From an uncultured Chthonomonadaceae bacterium (GTDB taxonomy: Bacteria > Armatimonadota > Chthonomonadetes > Chthonomonadales > Chthonomonadaceae), in contig CAWFQB010000001.1 in NCBI GenBank assembly GCA_963817895.1, positions 544,001-608,000 of the forward strand: a stretch of 64,000 nt of DNA, in the 5' to 3' direction. The notes below the pieces were generated by a model. That model saw nothing but the letters and a program-made list of their open reading frames with translations, had not been told where the DNA came from and did no database searches. Both the position numbers and the translations under genes were made by a program. Positions 10,220-19,087 of the stretch are shown piece after piece (position 1 is the stretch's first letter; every line of letters starts with the position of its first letter).

Positions 10220-12253
10220 ATGTCGGAACCTATCAGTCCAGAATCAGCCACGAATCACATAGCGATGCGCGGCACAACGTCCTCCGGCGCGACTGCAACT
10301 CACTGTAGCGAGTCGCCGGAGGCAATGCAGGCGGACATGGCGGCGCGTCGTTTTCAGTGCCTGATTGAGAACGCGCTCGACATCATTACGATATTGGACG
10401 CGGCGGGCATCATTCGTTACCAGAGTCCCGCCATTGAGCCGACGCTGGGATATGGGCGCGAGGAGATGAACGGCAAGTGGTGTTTTGATTACGTGCATCC
10501 TGATGACCTGCCGCATGTCCGGCATTTGTACGATGAACTTCTGCTGTGCCCCGGCGCGACCCTGAGCGTGGAGTACCGTTTTCGCCACGCCGACGGTTCC
10601 TGGCGACTGCTGGAATCGCGGGGGCGCAATCTCCTGATGCAGCCAGGCGTGGAAGCGATTGTCATCAATTCCCGCGACATCAGCGCGAACAAGCAAGCGG
10701 AAGAGGCCCTTCGCGCCAGCGAACAGCAGTACCGCTACCTTGCCGAGTCCATTCCGCAGATCGTGTGGACAGCGGCTCCGGACGGCAGCCGGGATTATTA
10801 CAATCAGCGCTGGATGGAGTACACGGGACTGACGCTGGAACAGACGCTTGCCGGGGGCGCGCGGGAAGCCCTGCACCCCGAAGATTTACCGCTCACGCGC
10901 CATGCCTGGGCGCAGGCGCGGCAAACGGGCGGAGACTACCAGAGAGAGCATCGGATTCGGGGCGGGGACGGCGTGTACCGCTGGTTTCTTACGCGCGCCG
11001 CGCCCATGCGCGACCCGCAGGGCAACATTCTGAAATGGTTCGGCACGGCGACGGACATTGACGCGCAAAAAAGCGCGCAGGCACGGGAGCGCCTGTTGAG
11101 CGAGTTGGGCGAACAGATGCGCGCGACGCCCGACCCGCAGGACGTGATGTGGGCCGTGGTTCGGATGGTGGGCGAGCATCTGCAAGTGTCGCGCTGCTAT
11201 TATACGGATACGGATGTGGACGCCGACAAAGTAATCATTCATCGGGATTACTGCCGGGGCGTGGCAAGCTGGGCGGGAACCTATCGCCTGAGTTCCTTTG
11301 GCGCGGGGGTGCAGGCTGAACTGAATGTCGGCAAGACCGTCACCATTGCCGATACCGCAGCCGATTCTCGAACCGCGTCACAGTACGAAGACACGTATGC
11401 GCCCACAGACATTCGCGCTTATGTCGCGGTTCCGCTCATGGAGGGCGGCAAGCGGGTGGCTTCGTTCGTGGTCAGCGTGGCGGGCAACCCGCGCGCATGG
11501 ACGCCCGAAGAGGTTGCGCTGCTGGAAACGGTGGCGGCGCGTACCCGGCTGGCTGTAGAAAACTCCCGCTTGTGGCAGGCCGAACGTGAACGGAGCGCGC
11601 AACTGGCCCGCGCCATTCAAGAAGTACATCATCGCGTAAAGAATTCCTTGCAGGGCGTTTCCGCGCTATTGGAAATGCAGTTGCCCTTTGACAGCGATGT
11701 GATGCCTGTAGAAACCATGCGGCAGGGGCTGAACCAGATTCGGGTCATCGCGCTCGTCCACGATTTGCTGGCGCGGGACCAGCCCATCGGCAAAGTGAAT
11801 GCCGGAGTCGTGCTAACCAAACTGGCGCAGTTGATGTCGGCGGGACTGGCGACGGCGGAGCGTCCCGCCCCGGTTCAGGCGCGAACCGACGAGGCATGGA
11901 TACCCACCAAAGCGGCGACCGCGCTGGCCCTGACCGTGCAGGAACTAATCACCAACGCCGACAAGCACAGCCGCAATTACAAAGGGACGGACGGGCTGAA
12001 TACGCAGCCTATCGAAGTCCGCCTGACGAAGCAGGGAGAAAAAATTGTAGTGGTGGTGCAGGACTGCGGGCCGGGTTTCCCGTCCAATTTCAACCCGCTC
12101 AAAAGCGCGAACATCGGGCTGGAACTTGTCCTTACCCTTGTCCGCCATGACCTCGGCGGCAGCGTCACCTTTACCAACCGCGCCGACCACAACGCGAACA
12201 TACGCGGCGGACAGGTAGAAATTCTCTTTTCCGAAGGCGGTCTTGCAGAATAG
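10220..12253 (+). CDS. PAS-PAS-GAF sensor histidine kinase (HisKA_2/HWE-like)
   Basis: Two PAS/PAC domains (VHPDD, LHPED), a GAF domain, H-box EVHHRVKNSLQ, ELITNADKH, DCGPGFP, IGLELV. Confidence 0.92.
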   Translation: MSEPISPESATNHIAMRGTTSSGATATHCSESPEAMQADMAARRFQCLIENALDIITILDAAGIIRYQSPAIEPTLGYGREEMNGKWCFDYVHPDDLPHVRHLYDELLLCPGATLSVEYRFRHADGSWRLLESRGRNLLMQPGVEAIVINSRDISANKQAEEALRASEQQYRYLAESIPQIVWTAAPDGSRDYYNQRWMEYTGLTLEQTLAGGAREALHPEDLPLTRHAWAQARQTGGDYQREHRIRGGDGVYRWFLTRAAPMRDPQGNILKWFGTATDIDAQKSAQARERLLSELGEQMRATPDPQDVMWAVVRMVGEHLQVSRCYYTDTDVDADKVIIHRDYCRGVASWAGTYRLSSFGAGVQAELNVGKTVTIADTAADSRTASQYEDTYAPTDIRAYVAVPLMEGGKRVASFVVSVAGNPRAWTPEEVALLETVAARTRLAVENSRLWQAERERSAQLARAIQEVHHRVKNSLQGVSALLEMQLPFDSDVMPVETMRQGLNQIRVIALVHDLLARDQPIGKVNAGVVLTKLAQLMSAGLATAERPAPVQARTDEAWIPTKAATALALTVQELITNADKHSRNYKGTDGLNTQPIEVRLTKQGEKIVVVVQDCGPGFPSNFNPLKSANIGLELVLTLVRHDLGGSVTFTNRADHNANIRGGQVEILFSEGGLAE

Positions 12254-12320
12254 CGCAGCCGCAACACGGGCAAATCATGTTGTTGTTGGCTTGCCGTCCT
12301 GTGTGAGTTGCCATCACTAA

Positions 12321-12488
12321 TGGAAGTTCACGGCGCGGCCTGCCCCTGTTCGGCTTGACAGGGCGCGGCAATACCTTCTACAATATTTCAGCAATTCCTC
12401 TCTGCATCCCCTTTGATAACCGTTGACCTTCTGCGCCTGACAACGTTCACCGGCAGAAGACGCGGGGAAGGATAAACTTGTGAAGCGT
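12321..12488 (+). repeat. 168-bp direct repeat, left copy (promoter TTGACA-18-TACAAT, 5' UTR, RBS, GTG AAG CGT)
   Basis: Matches 16793-16960 apart from two substitutions just before the GTG. Confidence 0.97.
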
Positions 12489-12508
12489 AATCCTATTCAG
12501 GCGAATCC

Positions 12509-13708
12509 ATGACCATTTTTGATCAACCCTGGCACGGGCGCATGAATGACGAGCTAAACGCGCTGTTGCTGCAAACTCCCCGGTTTGACCGGGTTTGTGT
12601 GGCAGTGGCTTTCGCCAAGCGGAGTGGCGTTTCTCTTTTGCGCCCCGCGCTGGACGCGTTCGTTCAAGATGGGGGCGCGTTGGAAGTGGTTGCAGGGATT
12701 GACCACCGGGGAACATCAAGACAGGGGCTGGAAGAACTGCTTGCCGTCACGCCCAACGTTTTCATCTTTCGCGACAACCGGCAGAATTGTACTTTTCATA
12801 CAAAATTGTATCTGTTCGAGCGAACCGGGGCGGAAGCCGCCGCGTATGTGGGATCAAGCAACCTTACGGCAGGCGGGCTTTACAGCAATTATGAAACGAA
12901 TGTTCGGTACGATCTTGATTTGTCCGCGCCTGCCGATGCGACGCAGTATCAGGCGCTGACGCAAGTTTTTCAACAGGCGCGACAATATGCGTTGCCGCTT
13001 ACCTCGACACTAATGGCGGATTTAGGGCAACGGGGCTGGCTGGGAAACGAAGACGCCGGGTTTACAGCCATTCCGAATACTGTTTTGGGAACGCAAAGCG
13101 GCGTTGTTCCTCTGCCTGCTCCCTCGCCGTTTCCTCGAATTCCCGTCCCGACTGCGCCGCGCCGAGCGCGTCCTGTTTCAAGGCCGCCCCGCCCTCGACG
13201 CGCTTCAACGCCCACCCCGCAAATGCCTGCCCCTGTGTCGCCTGTTCCCATTGCTCTGCCGCCCGCCAGCACATTCTTGATGACGCTGCAAAACACGGAT
13301 ATTACACGGGGAAGCCGGTCGCCGGATGTGTGGATACCTTTGGAGGCGCGGGACAAAAACATGGCGTTCTGGCAATGGCCCCTCCGCTACAATCGGGTAC
13401 AGCGCCAGAGCGGAACGTATGATGAGTGTTATTTTCGCGTCAACATTGCTTCACCCGGCGGCGTGTCCCTTGAAGACGTTCGCTTCTACCACTACTATGA
13501 GAAAAGCGAGTTTCGCATCAATACGGATAAAATCCGATCTCAGGCGCAGGTGGGCGATTTGCTGCAAATTGACCGCGTGGGCGCAGGCGTGGGCTATGAG
13601 TACGAAATTACTATCATCCCGCAAACCAATCCTGTTCACGCGCAACTGCTGTCATTGTGCCAGAAAGTTCGGGCAGGCAATTCGCAGAAGCGGTTTGCTT
13701 ATGTTTAG
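12509..13708 (+). CDS. PLD-family restriction endonuclease (BfiI/NgoFVII-like) with C-terminal putative B3-like DNA-binding domain
   Basis: VAFAKRSGV, FHTKLYLF...YVGSSNLTAGGLYSNYE (single HxK motif); Pro/Arg-rich linker; C-terminus EYEITIIPQ...KRFAYV resembles the BfiI DNA-binding domain as recalled; flanked by two MTases. Confidence 0.8.
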   Translation: MTIFDQPWHGRMNDELNALLLQTPRFDRVCVAVAFAKRSGVSLLRPALDAFVQDGGALEVVAGIDHRGTSRQGLEELLAVTPNVFIFRDNRQNCTFHTKLYLFERTGAEAAAYVGSSNLTAGGLYSNYETNVRYDLDLSAPADATQYQALTQVFQQARQYALPLTSTLMADLGQRGWLGNEDAGFTAIPNTVLGTQSGVVPLPAPSPFPRIPVPTAPRRARPVSRPPRPRRASTPTPQMPAPVSPVPIALPPASTFLMTLQNTDITRGSRSPDVWIPLEARDKNMAFWQWPLRYNRVQRQSGTYDECYFRVNIASPGGVSLEDVRFYHYYEKSEFRINTDKIRSQAQVGDLLQIDRVGAGVGYEYEITIIPQTNPVHAQLLSLCQKVRAGNSQKRFAYV

Positions 13709-13710
13709 TT

Positions 13711-15429
13711 TTAGGGCTTTTGCAGCACTATAATGGTTTCGCTTTTGACCATGTTTTTGCTGTGGCGCATGTAGCCTGCCTGATCGGTCATTGGCAGTGA
13801 TTCGCAGTGCCGAAACCCCTGCGTAATGGCGATTTCCGTCAGCCAATCATCCGTTCGTATTTCGTAAACGTCTTCTCCAATGCTTGTCGCGCTGTTGCCG
13901 ATAACGACAATATAACGCCCGCCCGGTTCGAGCGCGTCTTTTACCTGCGTGAATGTTGCCTGCATATCCACGAAATACTTGTATAATAACGCGGCCATGT
14001 TGCGCTTACGAAACCCCGAATCCGCTTTGATGTTGCCCTGAAAAATATTGCGGATATGCGCCAGTACGCCTGTCGGCAGGCCGTGTTCATTCGCCATTAG
14101 CTGTGTTTCCAATTCGCGGCGTTTGGCGTCGCTGATTTCGCGGTTGCCGATCATCGCCCATTCCAACTCGCCCCGTTCGCCCTTTTGCAGCAGGCCCAGC
14201 GCGAACAAACTCAGCCTGTCCGTATCAATATAAGGCAGGGCGGTCGCGTAAGGCGGTGACGTGATAGCGGCCTTAAAGCGAATGTTTCCAAGCGCGGCCT
14301 CCTGCAACGCCTGCCCGATGTGGCGCGCGTCTCCTTTGAGAACATGGGCGCAGGCGGCTGTCGGATGGCAGTAAGGCGCAAGGCAGCGCTGCGTTTCCAG
14401 AGCGTTGAGACGCTTTTCCACGCCCCGCGTCATGCGTTCCAGCAGGTTAGCAGGCGGCGGCGGAGTTTTGCGCCGCAACACCCGCAGCGATTCCGGGTCT
14501 TGTAGAGAAATTTCGCGCAGATTGTCGGAAAGCGCGAGCAGGCATATTCCCTGTGAGGGCGCGTAGCGGTACTTTCGGATGGCGCGGAGGCAGGCGTTTA
14601 TCTCGGCAAGAGCGTCGGGAGGAAACCATTCGCGCAAATACGCGCGGTTTTCCGGCAAGAATTGGTCCAATCCGGCTTCCTGCCACTGACAGGTTGACAC
14701 GCTGTTTTTGAGGGTGGCAAGAATATGGCGGCAATTCGCTTCAATGAGGCTGAACGGCTCTGTAACCGCGCTTGTTTTCACCTCGGCAATCAAACGCGCC
14801 AGCGGGTTCATGTCAATGCCAACGGCGTTGACGCCGCGCATGGCGCACTCCACTAAGGTTGTTCCACTCCCGGCGAACGGTTCCAGTACCCAATCTCCCG
14901 GCTGTACGCCGCACATATTCAATAACGCGCCGACAAGCTGCGGGTAATACTTGCCCTTGTACGCATGAAATGAGTGGGACAGATAACTGTGTTCGCGCTT
15001 GTTACAGCGTACCGTTTCCAGCGTGCCGATTTCGGGCAAAGCCGCGTCACTCCCACTTTTCACCATTTTGGGCAGGCGGTTGATGTATACCTGAGTGGGA
15101 ATAATAGTGGAGGGCGTTTCTGCGGAAATGCCTTCTACGCGCTCGATGTAGGCGAGTTCGCGGACAAGGGTTTTGCCGATACGAACCAGCGTGAATACGC
15201 ATATTTGCGCGATAGGCATCTCTTCGACAATCTGAATCGCGTAGGGAAAAACGGCTGCCGGTTCGCCGTATTGCCCGATGGCTTCATAGAGGTTGGGGCT
15301 GATATGAAGCGTGACATCCGGCGGCACACCCGCTTTTTGCAGACAGGCCGCCACTTCGCGCAATCCTAAAGCCCGCTCGAAGTCGCGCAGTTGATATTCA
15401 GTTTGCAAATAAAAGGTGTAGGCGATCAT
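13711..15429 (-). CDS. DNA amino-methyltransferase (probable N4-cytosine) with ~135-aa N-terminal extension
   Basis: HAYKGKYYPQL, motif I EPFAGSGTT, catalytic TSPPY, YIVVIGNS. Confidence 0.88.
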   Translation of the reverse strand: MIAYTFYLQTEYQLRDFERALGLREVAACLQKAGVPPDVTLHISPNLYEAIGQYGEPAAVFPYAIQIVEEMPIAQICVFTLVRIGKTLVRELAYIERVEGISAETPSTIIPTQVYINRLPKMVKSGSDAALPEIGTLETVRCNKREHSYLSHSFHAYKGKYYPQLVGALLNMCGVQPGDWVLEPFAGSGTTLVECAMRGVNAVGIDMNPLARLIAEVKTSAVTEPFSLIEANCRHILATLKNSVSTCQWQEAGLDQFLPENRAYLREWFPPDALAEINACLRAIRKYRYAPSQGICLLALSDNLREISLQDPESLRVLRRKTPPPPANLLERMTRGVEKRLNALETQRCLAPYCHPTAACAHVLKGDARHIGQALQEAALGNIRFKAAITSPPYATALPYIDTDRLSLFALGLLQKGERGELEWAMIGNREISDAKRRELETQLMANEHGLPTGVLAHIRNIFQGNIKADSGFRKRNMAALLYKYFVDMQATFTQVKDALEPGGRYIVVIGNSATSIGEDVYEIRTDDWLTEIAITQGFRHCESLPMTDQAGYMRHSKNMVKSETIIVLQKP

Positions 15430-16661
15430 GGCTTGCGCAAAAATACGAGATGTTCCTGTTTGATGTTGCCGATGGCGGGGTTAAACGCTTTTCTGCCGCT
15501 GTGAATGGTTCGGTTCAGCGTGATAAGGGGCCGCAGTCCTACGCTCTGCCCCGCTTCGCGGATGATGGCCGCGTTGTCAATTTTTTCGCCCCGAATGATG
15601 GAATCCCCCACAACAAACACGCAGAGTTTACCCGGTTTGAGCATCTGTTCCACACCCCGCAAGACTGCCGTCATTTCCGCGCGAAAGGTTTGCGCTGTCG
15701 CGCCTTTGTCACCCTTAGCGCTGTACTTGCGGTGCGAGCCGATCTCTTCCTGCTTGAAACGGGGCTGATCGTAGCCAAGCCACTCCATACGAAAACGGTG
15801 GTACAAATGGTAACTGTAAGCGTTCGGATAGGGCGGGGATGTAATCACTAAATCTACAGTCTCGGCTTCCACGCCTTCCAGACAGCGCGCGTCCATTGCA
15901 AGCGCGCGAATCTCGCCCAACGGGACAACCGCATCCAACTGTTTTATCGCGGCGAGCATTTCGTTGACGCGGGTTTGCCACTTGCGCAGGGTTTCTTTTG
16001 GTTTTAGCCCCTTATCGCGGCGGGTGTAGCGCGTGTCGCTATCCTGATAGGATACGTTTACGATAATGGAGGAAAAGGCAACCTGCGCAAACTCTCTGGC
16101 GCGTATCAGCGGGCAGGCATCCATAGCCTGTTTGATAAGAGCGAGTTCGTTTTGCGCCACAATGGGGAACCAGAAGTTGAGTTCGCGGATGGGCGGAAGT
16201 ATGGGGCGCAGGTCGAACAAATCCAGTTGCGGGGCGTCCGTCAAGAAAGCCTCTTGATAAAACATGCCGACTAACTCTGCCGCGTGGCAGGCGCATTCCA
16301 CAACGGCGGCGCGTTCCGCGTGATTGAGCGGCTGTCCTTTCACGCGGGCAATCAGAGTTGCAAGGGGGTTGGCGTCAATTCCGATGGCGTTGCGTCCCAT
16401 ACGAACCGCTTCCACCAGCGTTGTTCCACTTCCGCAGAATACATCCGCGATGGTATCCCCCGGCGCGGTAAAAAGGTTTATCAGCGTGCCGCTTATTTGC
16501 GGGATGAATTTGGCGGGATAGGGATGAAAACCGTGCGTGAAATCCCCTGTGCTGGCGGTTGTGAAATCCCAATCTACGCCGGAAACAGCGGCAATGATTT
16601 GCGCATCCGAAGTTGGCACTGGCGGGGCAGTTGCAGGCATGGCGACACTTTCCGGTTTCAT
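15426..16661 (-). CDS. DNA amino-methyltransferase (probable N4-cytosine)
   Basis: THGFHPYPAKFIPQI, DVFCGSGTT, ITSPPYPN, FVVGDS; ATGA overlap with the second MTase. Confidence 0.9.
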   Translation of the reverse strand: MKPESVAMPATAPPVPTSDAQIIAAVSGVDWDFTTASTGDFTHGFHPYPAKFIPQISGTLINLFTAPGDTIADVFCGSGTTLVEAVRMGRNAIGIDANPLATLIARVKGQPLNHAERAAVVECACHAAELVGMFYQEAFLTDAPQLDLFDLRPILPPIRELNFWFPIVAQNELALIKQAMDACPLIRAREFAQVAFSSIIVNVSYQDSDTRYTRRDKGLKPKETLRKWQTRVNEMLAAIKQLDAVVPLGEIRALAMDARCLEGVEAETVDLVITSPPYPNAYSYHLYHRFRMEWLGYDQPRFKQEEIGSHRKYSAKGDKGATAQTFRAEMTAVLRGVEQMLKPGKLCVFVVGDSIIRGEKIDNAAIIREAGQSVGLRPLITLNRTIHSGRKAFNPAIGNIKQEHLVFLRKP

Positions 16662-16792
16662 AGCAAACGCTCGTGGCTTGCAGTTGATTTACTACCTACC
16701 AAGATACCCTATCACGCCCAACTGTACAACCTCGCGCCTTGCGAAATCAGAGCCACAGATTAAGCCGCCGATTGTCGCAAACAAGCGGATAC

Positions 16793-16960
16793 TGGAAGTT
16801 CACGGCGCGGCCTGCCCCTGTTCGGCTTGACAGGGCGCGGCAATACCTTCTACAATATTTCAGCAATTCCTCTCTGCATCCCCTTTGATAACCGTTGACC
16901 TTCTGCGCCTGACAACGTTCACCGGCAGAAGACGCGGGGAAGGATAAATTCGTGAAGCGT
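16793..16960 (+). repeat. 168-bp direct repeat, right copy (native promoter and start of the 16952 gene)
   Basis: Near-identical to 12321-12488, offset 4472 bp. Confidence 0.97.
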
Positions 16961-17860
16961 GTTGTCAGTGTCAGTCTGGGGTCGTCCAAGCGCGACAAAA
17001 AAGTGAGCGCCAACTTTTTCGGCGAAGAGTTTGAAATCGAGCGCGTTGGAGCGGATGGCGATGTGGAAAAATACAAGCGCATGATCGCCGAACGCGACGG
17101 CAAAGTGGACGCTTTCGGCGTCGGCGGAACCGATTTATACGTATGGGTAGGCAGCAGGCGCTATACCCTGCCGGAAAGCGTTGGCTGGTGGTCGGTGGTG
17201 AAACATACGCCCTACGTGGACGGCAGCGGCCTGAAAAATACGATGGAACGCGCGACAGTCACGTATTTGCAGGAAAACAATCTGGTGGATTTCGGCAGCA
17301 AGCGCGTCCTGATCGTCAGTTCCGTAGACCGATTCGGCATGGCGGAAGCCCTCGCGCAATACGCCAAATCCATTGTGTTCGCCGACCTGATGTTCACATT
17401 GGGTATTCCCATTCCGATTCGTTCGCTGAAAGCGACCCAACGGCTGGCCCATATTATTCTGCCGATAGCGGTCCATATCCCGTTCAAGTACCTGTACCCG
17501 ACCGGTGAAAAACAGGAACAGAACACGCCCAAGTACACGAAATTCTTTGCCGAAGCGGACATCATCGCGGGCGATTTTCACTATATCAAGCGGTACATGC
17601 CCGAAGACATGAAGGGCAAAATCGTCCTGACCAATACGACAACGGAAGCGGATGTGGCGGAACTGAAACGCCGGGGCGTAGCGCAGTTGATAACGACAAC
17701 GCCCGTGATTGACGGACGCTCTTTCGGCACGAACGTCATGGAAGCCGTACTCGTAACCATATTAAATAAGAAGCCGTCCGAACTCACGCCGGACGACTAC
17801 TTCGCCAAACTGAAAGAACTGAACTGGACGCCGCAGGTGCAGCAGTTACAGCCGGTTTAA
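16952..17860 (+). CDS. Conserved protein of the family often labelled 'quinate 5-dehydrogenase' (true function unverified)
   Basis: MKRVVSVSLGSSKRD...ERVGADGD...DGKVDAFGVGG...VDGSGLKNTMER...GRSFGTNVMEA; strong codon bias. Confidence 0.75.
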   Translation: MKRVVSVSLGSSKRDKKVSANFFGEEFEIERVGADGDVEKYKRMIAERDGKVDAFGVGGTDLYVWVGSRRYTLPESVGWWSVVKHTPYVDGSGLKNTMERATVTYLQENNLVDFGSKRVLIVSSVDRFGMAEALAQYAKSIVFADLMFTLGIPIPIRSLKATQRLAHIILPIAVHIPFKYLYPTGEKQEQNTPKYTKFFAEADIIAGDFHYIKRYMPEDMKGKIVLTNTTTEADVAELKRRGVAQLITTTPVIDGRSFGTNVMEAVLVTILNKKPSELTPDDYFAKLKELNWTPQVQQLQPV

Positions 17861-17865
17861 TGCAG

Positions 17866-17959
17866 AAAAGGAGAAAAGGAGAAGAGGAGAAAAGGAGAAT
17901 ATGAAAGGGGAGCGGTTTGTCTCCTCTTCTCCTCTTCTCCTTTTCTCCTTTTCTCCTTC
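17866..17959. repeat. Inverted 9-mer arrays (AAAAGGAGA)n ... (TCTCCTTTT)n
   Basis: aaaaggagaaaaggagaagaggagaaaaggaga and tctcctcttctcctcttctccttttctccttttctcctt read directly. Confidence 0.88.
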
Positions 17960-17969
17960 CGGAGTTTCG

Positions 17970-19079
17970 ATGCAGCAATTTGCTTTTATTGTTCATCCCA
18001 TAGATGCGCGGCGGGACGTGGGGCGCAAGTATCCTATCGCCAAACATCTGCCGGAAAACTGGATCGAGTGGTACATCAAGAAGCGCGACCCACTGATTGT
18101 GTCCGATGTCACGGGTATCCAATCGCCGACCGGGGCGGAAGCGCGGGGCTGGTATATCGCCTGCCCGCTGACGCCGCGCCAGATGCTGACCCTGCCGATT
18201 GAGTTCGTGTGGGAAAAGCTGGAGATGTGCGGCAAAATCGCGCAGGAGGCGGGGGCGGGCATTTTGGGATTGGGCGCGTTTACCAGCGTCGTGGGCGATG
18301 GCGGCATCACGCTTTCCCAACGCCTGCCGGGATTGGCGATTACCACAGGAAACTCGTACACGGTCGCAACCGCCATTGAGGGGGCGCGGACGGCGGGCGA
18401 GATGATGGGGCATGTGCTGAACGAGAGCAATGTGGCGATTGTAGGCGCGACGGGTTCTATCGGCGCGACGTGCGCCGAAATTCTGGCGCGGGACGCGGCT
18501 AACGTTGCGCTCATCGGGCGCGACCTGCCCAAACTGCAAGCCCTTGCCGACAGATTGCGACCTGTCAGCAAAGCGCCTATCCGCGTGTTTACGGATGTGG
18601 CGACGGGACTCCGAGACGCGGATATTATTATCACGGTGACAAGCGCGGTAGACGCGGTCATCCTGCCGGAACATATCAAGCCGGGCGCGGTGGTGTGCGA
18701 CGTGGCGCGTCCCCGTGACGTTTCGGTTCGGGTGGCGCGGGAACGTGATGACGTTTTAGTTATTGAGGGCGGCGTGGTGCAGATACCGGGCGACGTGAAG
18801 ATGCAAAAGCGCGAAAAGCCCGATCAGCCGTTTACCTTCGGATTCCCGCCCAAAACCGCGTATGCCTGCATGTCCGAAACTATGATGCTCGCTCTGGACA
18901 ACCGCTACGAGAATTTTACGCTGGGCAAGGAGGTCGGGGTTGGGCAGGTGGATGAGATCAACCGCCTTGCCGTCAAGCACGGCTTCAAACTGGCCGGGTT
19001 CCGCTCCTTTGAGAAAGCCGTAGATCAGGAGCGCATCGCCCTCGTCCGACAGAACGCTCTCAAAAAAGAACGAAAGTAG
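17970..19079 (+). CDS. COG5322-type NAD(P)-dependent reductase, homologous to long-chain acyl-ACP reductase
   Basis: FAFIVHP, GLGAFTSVVGDGG, ITTGNSYT, VAIVGATGSIG, CDVARPRD, YACMSETMML (conserved Cys). Confidence 0.8.
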   Translation: MQQFAFIVHPIDARRDVGRKYPIAKHLPENWIEWYIKKRDPLIVSDVTGIQSPTGAEARGWYIACPLTPRQMLTLPIEFVWEKLEMCGKIAQEAGAGILGLGAFTSVVGDGGITLSQRLPGLAITTGNSYTVATAIEGARTAGEMMGHVLNESNVAIVGATGSIGATCAEILARDAANVALIGRDLPKLQALADRLRPVSKAPIRVFTDVATGLRDADIIITVTSAVDAVILPEHIKPGAVVCDVARPRDVSVRVARERDDVLVIEGGVVQIPGDVKMQKREKPDQPFTFGFPPKTAYACMSETMMLALDNRYENFTLGKEVGVGQVDEINRLAVKHGFKLAGFRSFEKAVDQERIALVRQNALKKERK

Positions 19080-19087
19080 TGTCGAAC

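Noticed and set aside
12321..12488. Direct repeat as a tRNA/att site of an integrase-mobilised island
   Set aside because: No tRNA fold in the repeat and no integrase in the cassette; the repeat is promoter/UTR sequence
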